Of a stretch of DNA of 64,000 bases, positions 42,309-53,222 are shown piece by piece. The position numbers and the translations under genes were made by a program. Below the pieces are notes generated by a model that made no database searches, was not told the origin of the DNA, and worked only from the letters and a program-made list of their open reading frames with translations. This DNA comes from a bacterium (GTDB lineage: Bacteria; UBA8248; JACPRG01; G963555815): contig CBDHDG010000007.1 of assembly GCA_965261595.1 (NCBI GenBank), forward strand, positions 1-64,000. The letters are read 5' to 3'. Every line of letters starts with the position of its first letter. The stretch's first letter is position 1.

Positions 42309-42443
42309 CTGTGGGGCGACGCGTGATCCGTAAGCTGGTGGTGCAGCCGCGTCAGATTGGGGCTACACCCTCGGAGCGGGTGTCGCGAGAGTCCGCGAAT
42401 TTCTGAAACTGGGCGCCAGGCTCCGTCCTTTCCGTAGAGGCTC

Positions 42444-43616
42444 GTGTTGAGTCGATCCATCGACGAAGGCCGTCTCATCGAAACGCTGAAGCGGCTCATC
42501 GCCTTTCCCAGCCCGCAGCCCGAGATGGATCGCGTCCGGGCCTATATCCAGGAGGCCGTCCGGCCGGAGTTGCCGGAGGACGCCTTCGATCAGGTCTTCC
42601 GCGATTCGGCCGGCAGCGTCGGTTGGGGGCTTTCGGCCAGGGGGGAGGACGCCCGGCCCCCCCTCATCCTTTGCGCTTACGCGGGAAACTTCCCCGCCGA
42701 ATCCATGCCCGACCCCTACGCGCCCAAAGAGGTGGATGGCGGAAAGCACGGCCAGCGGGGGACCTGCATGTGGGGCAGGGGGACGTGCGAGCAGATCGGC
42801 GCCCTGGCCGCGGCCGTCGAGGCGGTCCGGGCCTTCGTCTCGGACAAACCCGGCGCTTTGAAGCGTTCTTTTCTCTTCCTGGTCAACACGGCGGGCGAGA
42901 CGGGGAGTCATGAGGCCGTCACGAATTTTTTTGATGAGGCGGCTTCGGCCGGGATCGTCCCGGGGGACGCCGTCATCGTTATGGGGACGAACAATGAAGT
43001 CTGTCTGGGAAACAAGGGACGGGTGGATGTCCCGGTGGAGATCACCGGAAAGTCCTGCCACAGCAGCACGCCCGAGTTGGGGGTGAACGCCCTGGAGGCC
43101 TTCGCGACCTGCATCCGCCGGTTGAAGGACGTGAAGCTTCCCCCGCCGGACCCCGAGCTGGGCGCGGTGACGCTGGTCGCCACGGGGGCGGAGACGCACC
43201 CCAAGGCAAGCCACACCATCCCCCGCCGGGCGGCCGGGATGCTCGACCGGAGGCTCCTCCCCGGTGAGGAGCCCGGCCCCGCCGTGGACGCCATCCGGGA
43301 GGGCCTTGGCGACCTGTCGCCCGCTGGCGTCGAGGTCCGCGTAGGAAAATTTCAGTACGCCAACAAGGTCTCGCCCGATTCGGCCCTGCCCTCGGCGGCG
43401 GATGAGGCGGTCGCCGGGCGGCGCGGGGCGTCGAACCCTTATTACATGAACGCCGCGCTGGACGCCGGATATTTCTATGTGCGGGGCCGGCAGGCCATCT
43501 GTCTAGGCCCCGGCGACATGGGCCTCGCCCACACCGACGCCGAGATGGTGAGCGTGCGGGACGTGATCGACGGGGCGGGGATTTATCTGGATGTTCTGAA
43601 AACCTTGTTGGGTTAG
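42444..43616 (+). CDS. M20/ArgE-DapE family protein with atypical metal ligands
   Basis: WGRG, GKSCHSSTPELGVNA, DRRLLPGE, GPGD..AHT. Confidence 0.8.
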   Translation: MLSRSIDEGRLIETLKRLIAFPSPQPEMDRVRAYIQEAVRPELPEDAFDQVFRDSAGSVGWGLSARGEDARPPLILCAYAGNFPAESMPDPYAPKEVDGGKHGQRGTCMWGRGTCEQIGALAAAVEAVRAFVSDKPGALKRSFLFLVNTAGETGSHEAVTNFFDEAASAGIVPGDAVIVMGTNNEVCLGNKGRVDVPVEITGKSCHSSTPELGVNALEAFATCIRRLKDVKLPPPDPELGAVTLVATGAETHPKASHTIPRRAAGMLDRRLLPGEEPGPAVDAIREGLGDLSPAGVEVRVGKFQYANKVSPDSALPSAADEAVAGRRGASNPYYMNAALDAGYFYVRGRQAICLGPGDMGLAHTDAEMVSVRDVIDGAGIYLDVLKTLLG

Positions 43617-43754
43617 TGGTGGCTCGTTTCGTACCGGTTCCGGCGACCTCGTTATTCGGTTTCGCGGCAAAGGGCCGCCGCCAAAATTTCAACAGTGTTT
43701 GAATATATTCTCCCTCCTGATTAGAATATTTTTTGCTTAGCTTAAAAAATAATT

Positions 43755-43784
43755 TTGACAAATGACGATAAATCAGTGTAAGAT
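43755..43784 (+). promoter_or_regulatory. Putative sigma70 promoter
   Basis: TTGACA-N18-TAAGAT in an AT-rich intergenic region. Confidence 0.35.
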
Positions 43785-43965
43785 TGGATTTATTGGTGTC
43801 AAAAGAGGACCGGACATGATGGAAAATCGGTCCTCTGGGATATGGCGGTTGCGCTTTCCTCCAGGGTCGGGACCTCCCTGCACTTGAATGCGAAACCCCT
43901 CTGTCCCTTACACGGGATTGACGGTGATTTCGCTTTTTGATTTCGTCGAATAGGAGAAGAAACGG

Positions 43966-44763
43966 ATGGATAAACGGTACGCGGGCCCCCACAGGAAGCT
44001 CAAGTACCCCTTGTTCATCGGCTTTGTCGCGGCTTGTCTTCTTGCCGGGTCTCCGGTTTTAACGTCCCATGCCTCGGAGATTGAAGGCCCTGGGCTTCTC
44101 GAACCCGAAAAGGTGGCGATGGAGTTCGGATTTACTTTTGAAAGGGAGTCAAACGACGCGGAGAAAGTGAACACGTACTCATTTCCGGAGCCGTTGATCA
44201 TATACGGTCTGTTTCCCAACCTTGAGATTCAAGCCGAGGGGAAGGGATGGATTGTCCTCGATCCGGACGGTGGAAAGACCACGACCCATGGAAGTGATTT
44301 CACCCTTGCGGGAAAGTTCGGCCTCCCGATTCGCGGGGACGGATGGGTTCCCGAATCTGCGGGGTTCATCGTCCTGAACTTCCCGACCGGCGCCGACGAA
44401 GTCACCAGCGACGGTGTCGATCCATCCTTCACCTACCTGGCCGCCTGGAAGCTGCCCCATGACCTGTCCTTGACCGCAAATATCGGCTTCGCCCTGCCGA
44501 CCAACGGCTCCGCGGCGTCGAACCGTTATTTCGAGTATTCGACGGTCCTTAATCTTGGTTTCCCAATTTCCGGTAAGCTGAGCGGGTTTTTCGAGTATTT
44601 CGGAAGCGTGGCCAGCGAGGGCGAAGCGGACCCCCACTCTCTGGACGCGGGCCTCGGCTATGAGGTCAACGACAACCTCGCGATGGAGGTGACAGGAGGA
44701 TCCGGCTTGAACGAAGCGGCGGCGGATTTTTTCTTGAATTTTCTTGTGGCGATCAGTTTTTGA
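43966..44763 (+). CDS. Outer-membrane beta-barrel 'transporter' (Phenol_MetA_deg-like)
   Basis: Signal peptide, YGLFPNLE, GSDFTLAGK, FPTG, terminal Phe. Confidence 0.7.
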   Translation: MDKRYAGPHRKLKYPLFIGFVAACLLAGSPVLTSHASEIEGPGLLEPEKVAMEFGFTFERESNDAEKVNTYSFPEPLIIYGLFPNLEIQAEGKGWIVLDPDGGKTTTHGSDFTLAGKFGLPIRGDGWVPESAGFIVLNFPTGADEVTSDGVDPSFTYLAAWKLPHDLSLTANIGFALPTNGSAASNRYFEYSTVLNLGFPISGKLSGFFEYFGSVASEGEADPHSLDAGLGYEVNDNLAMEVTGGSGLNEAAADFFLNFLVAISF

Positions 44764-46236
44764 CCGGTGACGTCAGGCCGCAAAGGGTTTTGCGATGCCT
44801 CTTCCTTTGAGATAATATCCGTGAAGGGCGGGAGGGGAGTAAATGGGCGTTCCTCGTCGTGACCTGATCATTCGAGACCTGACCCCCATGATTTCCTTCC
44901 CCTCAAGCCGGCGAAACTGCGGGAGCTTTTGCGGAAGGGGAAGGAGGCGATTGAATAGCGGTCGTTGGATCGGGAGGTCATTGCCTAACGATCTTCCGTA
45001 ATGCACGTCCGCCGGCGACCATTCCGGAAATGTTGGAATGTAAGACCTGACCCCAATCCGTCCTGATGTCGAGAGCAGTCCTGAGCCTCAATGCGTCAAA
45101 AGTTCACGCCGATTTGTCGTCTTGCCTTTCTCAAAGAGAATCCACCGCCCTGGTCCGAATCACAGGAGACGGTGTTGTTTATCGGAGCGTGACGGCGGAC
45201 CCGCACCCACCCCCCCTTTAGGGCGCACGGCACTGCGCCCTTCCATCTCGCCCGGATTTCTCGCAAAAATGTCGCTGCGGTCGTGCCACACCATCGACTC
45301 AGTTTTCGAACGCGAAGTCCGGCACGGGTTGCCCTCTATTTTTGGGATGGCTATGATTTGACGCCCATATGTAGTGCTCGCCGCAAAATCAGGAAACGGG
45401 CTGTATCATTCACGCAGGACGCCCCGAGGAACTGAAGGGCAATGCTTCTCTTGACCGAGTGTATAGAAGGACATCACTGATGCCCCGAGGAGGTTCGGAA
45501 GCGCAGATGGCGAAAGGGCGCTCATACCATATTGGAACGGACACTGGGGGGACCTTTACCGATGTCACCGTCATGTCCGACGACGGTGAGGTCTGCGTCG
45601 AAAAATCTCCCACGACCCCGCACGACTTCGCGGAGGGCGTCCTTCACGCCGTCGAGCGCGTGAGCGAACAGATGGGGATCACGCCTCGCCAACTTCTGAG
45701 CCGGTGCCGGCAGTTCAAACACGGCTCCACCATCGCCACCAACGCCCTCATCACCCGGGAGGGCAGCCGTGTGGGCCTGATCACCACGCGCGGGTTCGAG
45801 GACACCACCTTAATCATGAGGGGGATCGGGCGGGTGGCCGGCCTCATGGAGGACGAGATCAAGCACCAGGCCACGGCGGTGAAACCCGACCCTCTCGTTC
45901 CCAAAGACCTCATTGCGGGCGTCACCGAGCGAATCGATTTCCAAGGCCGGGTCGTCATCCCCATGAACCTGGAGGAGGCGGAAGAGGCGCTCCGGTTCCT
46001 GGTCGAGGAGAAAAACGTCGAAGCTCTCGCGATGAACTTCCTCTTCAGCTTCATCAACCCGGAGCATGAGCGAAAGCTGAAGGAGCTGGCGATCACACTG
46101 TACGGCGACCGCGACCTGTACATTTCCCTGGGCAGCGAAATCTGCCCGGTGGTGCGGGAGTACGCCCGGAGCAACACAGTCATTCTCAACTCCAGTCTGG
46201 GAAAGACCGTTGAAGGTTACCTCCAGGGTCTCGATG

Positions 46237-47679
46237 GAGGGTGTCCCGAATTCAGTTGAAGGTTTGAGGCGGCGGTCCGTGTGTGGTTCACCTTATGCGA
46301 CCTCCTCTCGGGTGTCAAAGCGGGGCTCGTCCAGAACGGCCTTCAGGATCCACAGGTCCCGGTAGCCGTCCAGGCGACGGAAGTTCTTCTCGGTGGCGAG
46401 GAAGGCGGAAGCGGCCCACCTTTTCACCATCGCCCCGTCCCGCCAGCGGCCGACGCGCCGGGTGCGCATCCGCACCCCCGAACAGGGACTCTCGATCAGG
46501 TTCGTGCTCACCAGGCAGCGCCGAAGGCCGGGCGGAAGAGCCAAGCGGTTGACGGTGAAGATCTCCTCCAGACCCTCCAAAAGGCTGGCGGCCGCGTCCG
46601 GATGCTCGATCTGAAGCCACCGGGCCTGCTTGCGCAGACGGGCAATCCCCTCCTTCGGCGCCAGCCGCCAGGCCGCCTTCATCGTCGCCTTCACCGGGTC
46701 CTTCAACTCCTCGGGCAGGTGGTCCATCACGTTCTTCACCTTGTGGTTGCGGCACCGCTGCACCGGATTGTCGTCCCCGTACACCCGGTCAATCGCCGCA
46801 CGAAGCGCCCTCGAGCCGTCGATGACGAAAAGCCGACGCCGCCCGGGCCGCACGCCGCGCTCCACCAACTCCTCAAGAAGCGCCGTCACGACCGTGGCGT
46901 TCTCGGTGGCGCCCGACCTCAGGCCCAGAACGTGCTTTTGGCCCCGTGTGTCCACCCCAACGGCCACGATGACGTGATGCGCGCCGAAGCGCAGACCGTC
47001 CAGGTAGAGGATGAGGAGGTCGATGTCGTCAAAACGCCGCTCACAAAGACGCCGCAGCTCCGCCTCGGCCGCCTCGATGCTCTCCCGGCTCACGGCCGAC
47101 TTCGACACCCCCACCGTCTCGGCCAGCTCGGGAAGAACGGCCGCGTAGTTCCGCGTCGAGACCCCTCGCATCAGCAAATCCAGCATCCGCTCCCCCAGCC
47201 CGGGGTCGGCCTGCATGGCCGCATACGCCGGCACCTCCACCTCCCCGCCCCGACCCTGGCCCCGGCGGCGAAGCCGCGGCTTTCTCACCTTCAGCTTGCG
47301 CCCCTTCAGGGTCACCCGGCCCCCCTGGCTGCCGTGCCGGCGGACCTCGCCACCCCGCTTGCCTGGATGCGGCGCGCCCGTCAAGCCCTTGGCCGACAGC
47401 AAAAGCACGGCCTCCAGGCCCGCCCGGCCCATGACGTCCATCAGGTCCTCCACCGCCAGTTGGGACTGCTCCACCAGCGACACCAGAGGAAAAAACGCCT
47501 GCCCGTGCTCCGCCACAAAGGCGGCCAACCTTTGGGTCTCTTTCTTCTCGATGATCTGGTAAGCTTCACTCATGGCGGTTCCTCCTCTTTGAATGTTTGC
47601 CAACCCGATTCTAACCGAGTCGGCAGGAGTGAACCGCCACCTCTTTTTCTCAACCTGCAACTATGAATGGGACAGGCTC
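46237..47679 (-). mobile_element. IS256-family insertion sequence
   Basis: Ends gagggtgtccc / gggacaggctc; 8-bp duplication tctcgatg (46229-46236, 47680-47687). Confidence 0.9.
46293..47573 (-). CDS. IS256 transposase
   Basis: GVSTR, LYLDG, IDGSRAL, QRCRNHK, STNLIES. Confidence 0.9.
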   Translation of the reverse strand: MSEAYQIIEKKETQRLAAFVAEHGQAFFPLVSLVEQSQLAVEDLMDVMGRAGLEAVLLLSAKGLTGAPHPGKRGGEVRRHGSQGGRVTLKGRKLKVRKPRLRRRGQGRGGEVEVPAYAAMQADPGLGERMLDLLMRGVSTRNYAAVLPELAETVGVSKSAVSRESIEAAEAELRRLCERRFDDIDLLILYLDGLRFGAHHVIVAVGVDTRGQKHVLGLRSGATENATVVTALLEELVERGVRPGRRRLFVIDGSRALRAAIDRVYGDDNPVQRCRNHKVKNVMDHLPEELKDPVKATMKAAWRLAPKEGIARLRKQARWLQIEHPDAAASLLEGLEEIFTVNRLALPPGLRRCLVSTNLIESPCSGVRMRTRRVGRWRDGAMVKRWAASAFLATEKNFRRLDGYRDLWILKAVLDEPRFDTREEVA

Positions 47680-49085
47680 TCTCGATGCCCGACTCCGCTC
47701 CGGCGGATATCGCCGGAAGCTGCTTGTCATGCAAGCCAACGGGGGGGTCGTGCTGATGGACAACCTCGTGCCCATCGGGACGCTGGGATCGGGTCCGAGT
47801 GGAGGCATGATGGCCACGAAGTACACGGCCGACCACCTCGGACACCGGAAGGTCATCACCACCGACATGGGCGGGACGAGTTTCGACGTCGGGTTGCTGA
47901 TCGACGGCTATTGGCCTTACCTCCGGGAACCCGTCGTGGAAAGGTTCCACATCTCGTGGCCGATGATCGGAATCGAATCCATCGGCGCCGGGGGCGGGAC
48001 CATCGCCGCCGTGGATCCCGTCACGGGCAGGCTGCGACTGGGACCCCGGAGCGCGGGGGCCGATCCCGGCCCGGCCTGCTACGATCGCGGCGGAACCGAA
48101 CCGACGGTGACCGATGCGGACCTGCTGCTCGGCATCCTGAACCCTGATTACTTTCTCGGGGGGCGGATGAAGTTGAGTCGGCAACGCGCGGAAGAGGCCT
48201 TGCAGGAAAAGGTGGCCGGGCCTTTGGGAATGACACTGACGGAAGCGGCGGCGGGTATTTACGACATCATCAACGGGCACATGTCCGACCTCATGCGCAA
48301 GCAAGTGGTCTCGAGCGGGCAGGTGCCGGAGGATTTTGCGATCTACGCGTACGGAGGGGCGGGGCCCGTGCATGCGGCCGCATACGCCAAGGACCTGGGC
48401 GTCGAGCGGATATACGTGTTTCCCACCTCGGCGGTCTTCTCCTCCCTGGGCGTGGCCACCGCGGACGTCGTGCACACGGCGCAGCGGTCCTTCCGCTATC
48501 TCCTGCCGGTGGACCCCCGTGTCCTCAACGACCGGATGTCGATGCTTGAGGAGGAGCTCTACGCCGTTATGCGGCAAGAGGGGTTCAGGCGCAAAGACGT
48601 GTTTTTCCGCAGGCTCTTCTTCATGCGCTACCGCCGACAACTGAACGAGTTGGACATCCCGGTTCCGGCCAAGCGCTACACCGCCAAAGACATCCGCGCC
48701 GTCATGGCGGAGTTTGAAAAGAAGTACGAAGAGGTTTATGGAGAGGGATCGGCTTACCAGGAGGCGGGGATAGAGCTGATCTCCTTCCAGGTGGACGCCA
48801 TCGGCCGGACCGCAAAACCCGGCTTGGCCACGTTTCCCCGGGGTCGAGCGCTGCCATCCCGCTCGTCCCTGAAGGAGAACCGGGAGGTCTTTTTCACGGG
48901 GGAAAAGAAGTTTCTCTCAACAGTGGTCTATGATTATGCCCATCTGCGTCCGGGAAACGTGGTGGACGGCCCCGCCGTAATCGAGGCCCCGCACACCACG
49001 GTTTTGATCATCCCTTCCATGCGGGGCCGGGTCGACCGGTACCGCAACATCGAGCTGACCTGGAACGGATGAGGAGAGCGTATCC

Positions 49086-49385
49086 GTGCGCATCCACGAG
49101 TATTTGGAGATCCTGGACGACCCGGAAGAAGGGCGCCTGATCCGATGCATTCGCTGTGGCCACCGATTTTGCCGGGCGGATGAGAATTACAAGGAGCACG
49201 CCCTGTACATCGAGCGCAAGCCGGACACGCTTCCCCTGCGGCGTGTGCTGTCGGGGGAGGACGCCTTCGTGGTGTATCAAGAGTTTATTTGCCCCGGATG
49301 CGGAACTCTTCTTGAGATGGACCCCTACTGCCCGCAGCTCGAGGAGGGAAATAACCCCATCGTTTGGGATATCCGGATCCGCTGA
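49086..49385 (+). CDS. Acetone carboxylase gamma subunit-like Zn-ribbon protein
   Basis: CIRCGH..C...ENYK, EFICPGCGTLL, PIVWDI. Confidence 0.75.
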   Translation: MRIHEYLEILDDPEEGRLIRCIRCGHRFCRADENYKEHALYIERKPDTLPLRRVLSGEDAFVVYQEFICPGCGTLLEMDPYCPQLEEGNNPIVWDIRIR

Positions 49386-49492
49386 CGGATCCGGCGCGCC
49401 CGTGAAGGCAACAGAATTTCAGTAAACCCCATGGTCAGTCCCATGCGGGGAGGGGACCTCCCCGCATGGGACCGCGGGAGGGATTCATCACC

Positions 49493-49833
49493 ATGCCCCT
49501 GGACCCCATTCGGTACGAGATCTTTCGGCATCGCCTCTTCAACATCCTGGAGGAGGGACGGATTGCCATCAAGATGGTTTCCGGCTCCGCCGTTGTCGTC
49601 GAGGGCGGGGAGACGATGTGTTCCTTTTACACCTCGGAAGGGATCCCCATCCTGACGGCGGCCGGGATCCTCATCCACTGCACCGGGGCGCGGGACTTCA
49701 TCCTGAAGGCCATCGAGTGGTATGAAGAGGACCCGGGGATCGATGACGGAGACCAGCTCTTCTTCAACGACCCCTATATCGGAGGCCAGCATCTCCCCGA
49801 TCAAATCATCATCAAACCGATCTTCTATGAAGA
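49493..49833 (+). pseudogene. Hydantoinase B / acetone-carboxylase-alpha-like gene, truncated by an integrated element
   Basis: DPIRYEIFRHRL, FNDPYIGGQHLPD; homology stops at PIFYE and AT-rich DNA follows. Confidence 0.8.
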
Positions 49834-49886
49834 TACAGCCGTAAGGACGTTCTTTCCAGTCACGAAACCTTATTATTATATTGATA

Positions 49887-49914
49887 TTATTGGATAATAT
49901 ACATTATTCCAGAT
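49887..49914 (-). other. dif/Xer-like recombination site
   Basis: ATCTGGAATAA-TGTATA-TTATCCAATAA; the central 14 bp equal those of E. coli dif. Confidence 0.5.
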
Positions 49915-50039
49915 TTTATTCGGAACCTGTCTTCTACTGTTCGTAATCAAAATGAATGCGGATTCGATACAACGTCCGCGCATCCAGTCGAGTCCCTGGC
50001 GGGTGATCGTTCGGCCAAGCCGTGATGGGGGGTCTGACT

Positions 50040-50922
50040 TTAGCTGTTGAGGGTTCGTTTCCAATTTTTTCTGAGGGGGCGAAGCCAGATGTCCTTTTTC
50101 GGTTGGGCGCGTTTCGTGTGCCTGTCGTAGCGTCCGCGTCCCTGGGCGGTTCCGACATGGATCCAGCCCGATGCCCTGTAGACGGCGCCGGTGTAGCGCG
50201 GTGTCTGGACGAAGGTCTCGATGAGCACGGGGGTTGTGTCGTAGCGCCCGGTCCAGTCCCCGGGCAGGCGCCGGCGGACGATGGCGAGGATGTGCGAGCC
50301 CAAGTTGGGGATATTGAGCCAGGGCAGGATGAGGAACCTCGGGTTGTCGACCACGAGGGGGGAGGTTCTTCTCGCGCAGTTGCGGCGTCCAACCGATGAA
50401 GCTGTCTCGAGGGGCCAGCTTCCACGCGGCGGTGCTGAAGCCGAGCGTGGCGAGCGGCCAACCGTTGCGGTCGTGGACGGCGTAGCGCATCTGGACGCCG
50501 ACCAGGGTCCTGTAGCCGAGACGGTGGTAGCGGGCGACGAACTCGTTCCATCGCTTGCCCTCGCGGGTGCCGCGGACGACGAGCCGCAGGTCGAGCGGGC
50601 GGGCCTCGTCGAGGGTAGACGGCGCCGGGGTCAGCGGCGGTTCGGTCTCCGGCCCGAAGACGATCGGCCCGGGCCGGTTCTGCCGCCACTTCGGCGGCGG
50701 CAGGGCGATGAGGCCGTCGTTGTGCATGGCCAGCATGGTCACCCTGGCCATCATGTCCTTGAGCCCGCCGTCGGGCTTGAACCAGCGGATGCGCCGGCAG
50801 AACTCCTTCGACAGCGCATGGCGGTTCAGCGCCGGCGGGCCGGCGATCAGCGAGCGCAGCAGCGCCATCGCTCGCATCGTGAAGTCGCGTCCGTAATAGC
50901 GGCACTCAGCCTCGCCGGTCAT
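50040..50922 (-). CDS. DUF4338 (DruA-like) protein, frameshift near 50360
   Basis: RYYGRDF, AAWKLAPRDSFIGW, NPRFLILPW, ETFV, GAVYRASGW. Confidence 0.75.
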
Positions 50923-50935
50923 CCCCCAGCCGTGG

Positions 50936-51812
50936 CTAGCCCTCGGGACGGTCGGGCCAGTCGAGCGTGTCGAGCGTGTCGAGCGCACTTCGAGGGATCG
51001 TGCCATGCGCATCAAGCGCCGCCTGCAGCCGTTCGTTGAGCCATGTGCGCCCCTGCGGGGAGAGTCTGACGGCCGGCTGCCGAGGGAATGCGTGGCGCGG
51101 ATCGGTATTGCCTACACCCCGCGACAGGTTTGCTTGCGTGGACGCAAACGAGCCAGGTCCCAAAGTGTCCATCAGCTCGTTGAGCGAGACGCCATTTGCC
51201 AGCTTGCCGTTGAGAAATTCGGCGTGGTGGACCCGAATATAGTGAGGCCACCTTTCCTTCCATTCGAGACGCGCGATGTCCACCGGAGTCGCATCGTCCC
51301 GACCTTCCTCATGTCTCATAGCGATAGCCCGTCCAAAGACTCGGATGTCGGGAGGAGCTTCGGTAAGGCTAGCAATGAACATGAGGTCGCCGTCTCTGAC
51401 AATTCTCGGTCGCTTGCCAGCGGGATATGCAAGCGCCCAGTGGCAGCCTACGCCCTCTAGTTCTCCAAGCGTCGTACCGGACAGCGGGGCGCGGTTTTCG
51501 CTCGTGCCGTGAAACTTCACGAACGCCTGCCTCGCTTCGGTGAAGAGCGGCAATGCGGCAATCCGGGGCTGTTCAATCAAGCCGGCATCGGCTCCGTAGT
51601 CCGGGAGTGCCCTCGGTCCCCTGGGGCGGGCACCGGATGCGAGATGGTCGGTGAGTTCTGTGGTCCAGTCGTCTATGTCCTTGGGCTGTAGATCACGACC
51701 TCCTTGGCTCCACAGGGCATCGAAATAGTCGAGACACCTATTGATAGCCACACGGTCCTCTGTCACGATTCCGAACTCGTGGTTGCTGTCCAACCCCGCA
51801 TCGGTCAGGGGT
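50936..51812 (-). pseudogene. PLD-like nuclease domain plus C-terminal domain, 5'-truncated by IS3
   Basis: LTDAGLDSNHEFG...YFDALW matches the GSxNLT..G...N.E half of the PLD motif; the HxK part is missing at the IS junction. Confidence 0.6.
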
Positions 51813-53222
51813 TGGAGTTACCCCGTTTCAGTGGACAGTTTAGGGCTGTCGTCCCCAGCCCTGAGGTGGGCGACAGCCGGTGGACGTACAGTCTTCTCCC
51901 TATCCGATAGATAGGGTGCCCCCGGGGGGTATGTCTTGACCTTTGGCTCGCTGCTCCGGGAAGCACCGGGGACGGCTCGAGCCGGACGATGAGCGTTGCG
52001 CACTGCACGTGGCGTTTCCTTCGCCGCGGACCGTTCGAAGTCGTTGGGGCTGAGGTAACCCAGGGCCGAATGACGACGGCGTGGGTTGTACCAGCCTTCG
52101 ATGAATTGGAAGATCGCCATGCGCGCTTCGGCCTGGGTACGGAACGAGCGCCGGTCGATGAGCTCGCACTCCAGCGTGGCAAAGAAGCTCTCGGCCATGG
52201 CGTTGTCGAAGCAATCCCGGCCGACCCGGTCGAGGGAACCACCCCCATCTCCCGGCACCGCTTGCCGAAGGCGAGCGAAGTGTACTGAGATCCCCTGTCG
52301 GAGTGATGCACGACCCCGTCGGGGCGGCGCTGTCCCAACGCCATGTTCAGCGCCCCGAGCACCAGTTCGGTGCGAAGATGGTGGGTCATGGACCATCCCA
52401 CCACCCGGCGGCTGAACACGTCGAGCACGATGGCCAGGTACACGAACCCCGTCCAGGTCGGCACGTAGGTCACGTCGGCCACCCAAAGCCGATCCGGCGC
52501 ATCGGCCTGGAACTGGCGTTCGACCCGGTCCGGGACCACACAATGGCTCTGGTCCACGCGCGTAGTGCGCATGCCTCGGCGTCGGCTCACCCCGGCCAAC
52601 CCTGCCTCGCGCATCAGACGAGCCACCCGATTGCGGCTCACCCGGCAGCCGCCGGCCATCATCTCGGCATGGACCCGAGGCGCCCCGTAGGTGCCACCAG
52701 ATACCTCGTGGATGGCCCGGATCGTGCCACGCAACGCCTCCTCGCGCTTCGCACGAAGAGAACGCCCACGGCTTCGCCACGCGTAGTATCCGCTGGGGGA
52801 GACACCCAGCCGACGGCACATCGTGGCCACCCGATGGCAGGCCTGATTCGCCTTCACGAGCTCGAAGACTTCGCCCGGACCGAGCCGGTCTCCCGAGCGA
52901 ACCAAGCCGTAGCTTTTGCCAGTATCTCGCGTTCTTCGCGAAGCTGACGATTCTCCCGACGAAGCCGCCGTAGCTCCTCGAGCTCTGAGCTTGTCAGACC
53001 GTCCTCACGACGGCCCTCGTCGCGGTCGGCCTGGCGCACCCAGTTGCGAATCGCCGAAGCGGAACACTCGAACTCCCGGGCCAGCTCCCCGGGCGTACGG
53101 CCCGAGCGAACCAGCTCAACCATCTGGCGCCGGTATTCCGGCGCGTAGGGTGAATGAGTTTTCGGCATCTGAACACCTCCTCCGCACAGTCTGAAGGTGT
53201 CCACAAAAACGGGTCAACTCCA
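51813..53222 (-). mobile_element. IS3-family element related to 30539-31798; orfA ends 52854, orfB frameshifted near 52220; no target duplication
   Basis: Ends tggagttgacccg / cggggtaactcca; WVADVTY, HHSDRGSQY, DNAMAESFF. Confidence 0.9.

Larger units (their letters stand above)
45507..49072 (+). pseudogene. Hydantoinase A / acetone-carboxylase-beta-like gene interrupted by IS256
   Basis: GTDTGGTFTD in the 5' part; DMGGTSFDV and SAGADPGPACY in the 3' part; frame restored on removing the IS and one duplication. Confidence 0.85.

Noticed and set aside
45319..45334. Sigma54 promoter (cggcacgggttgc)
   Set aside because: GG-to-GC spacing is 8, not the required 10.
45363..45378. Single NrdR-box-like motif (cccatatgtagtg) upstream of the hydantoinase operon
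   Set aside because: Solitary and imperfect, with no partner box; may be chance.
50040..50922. Complete Druantia system
   Set aside because: No DruE helicase or other dru genes in the window.
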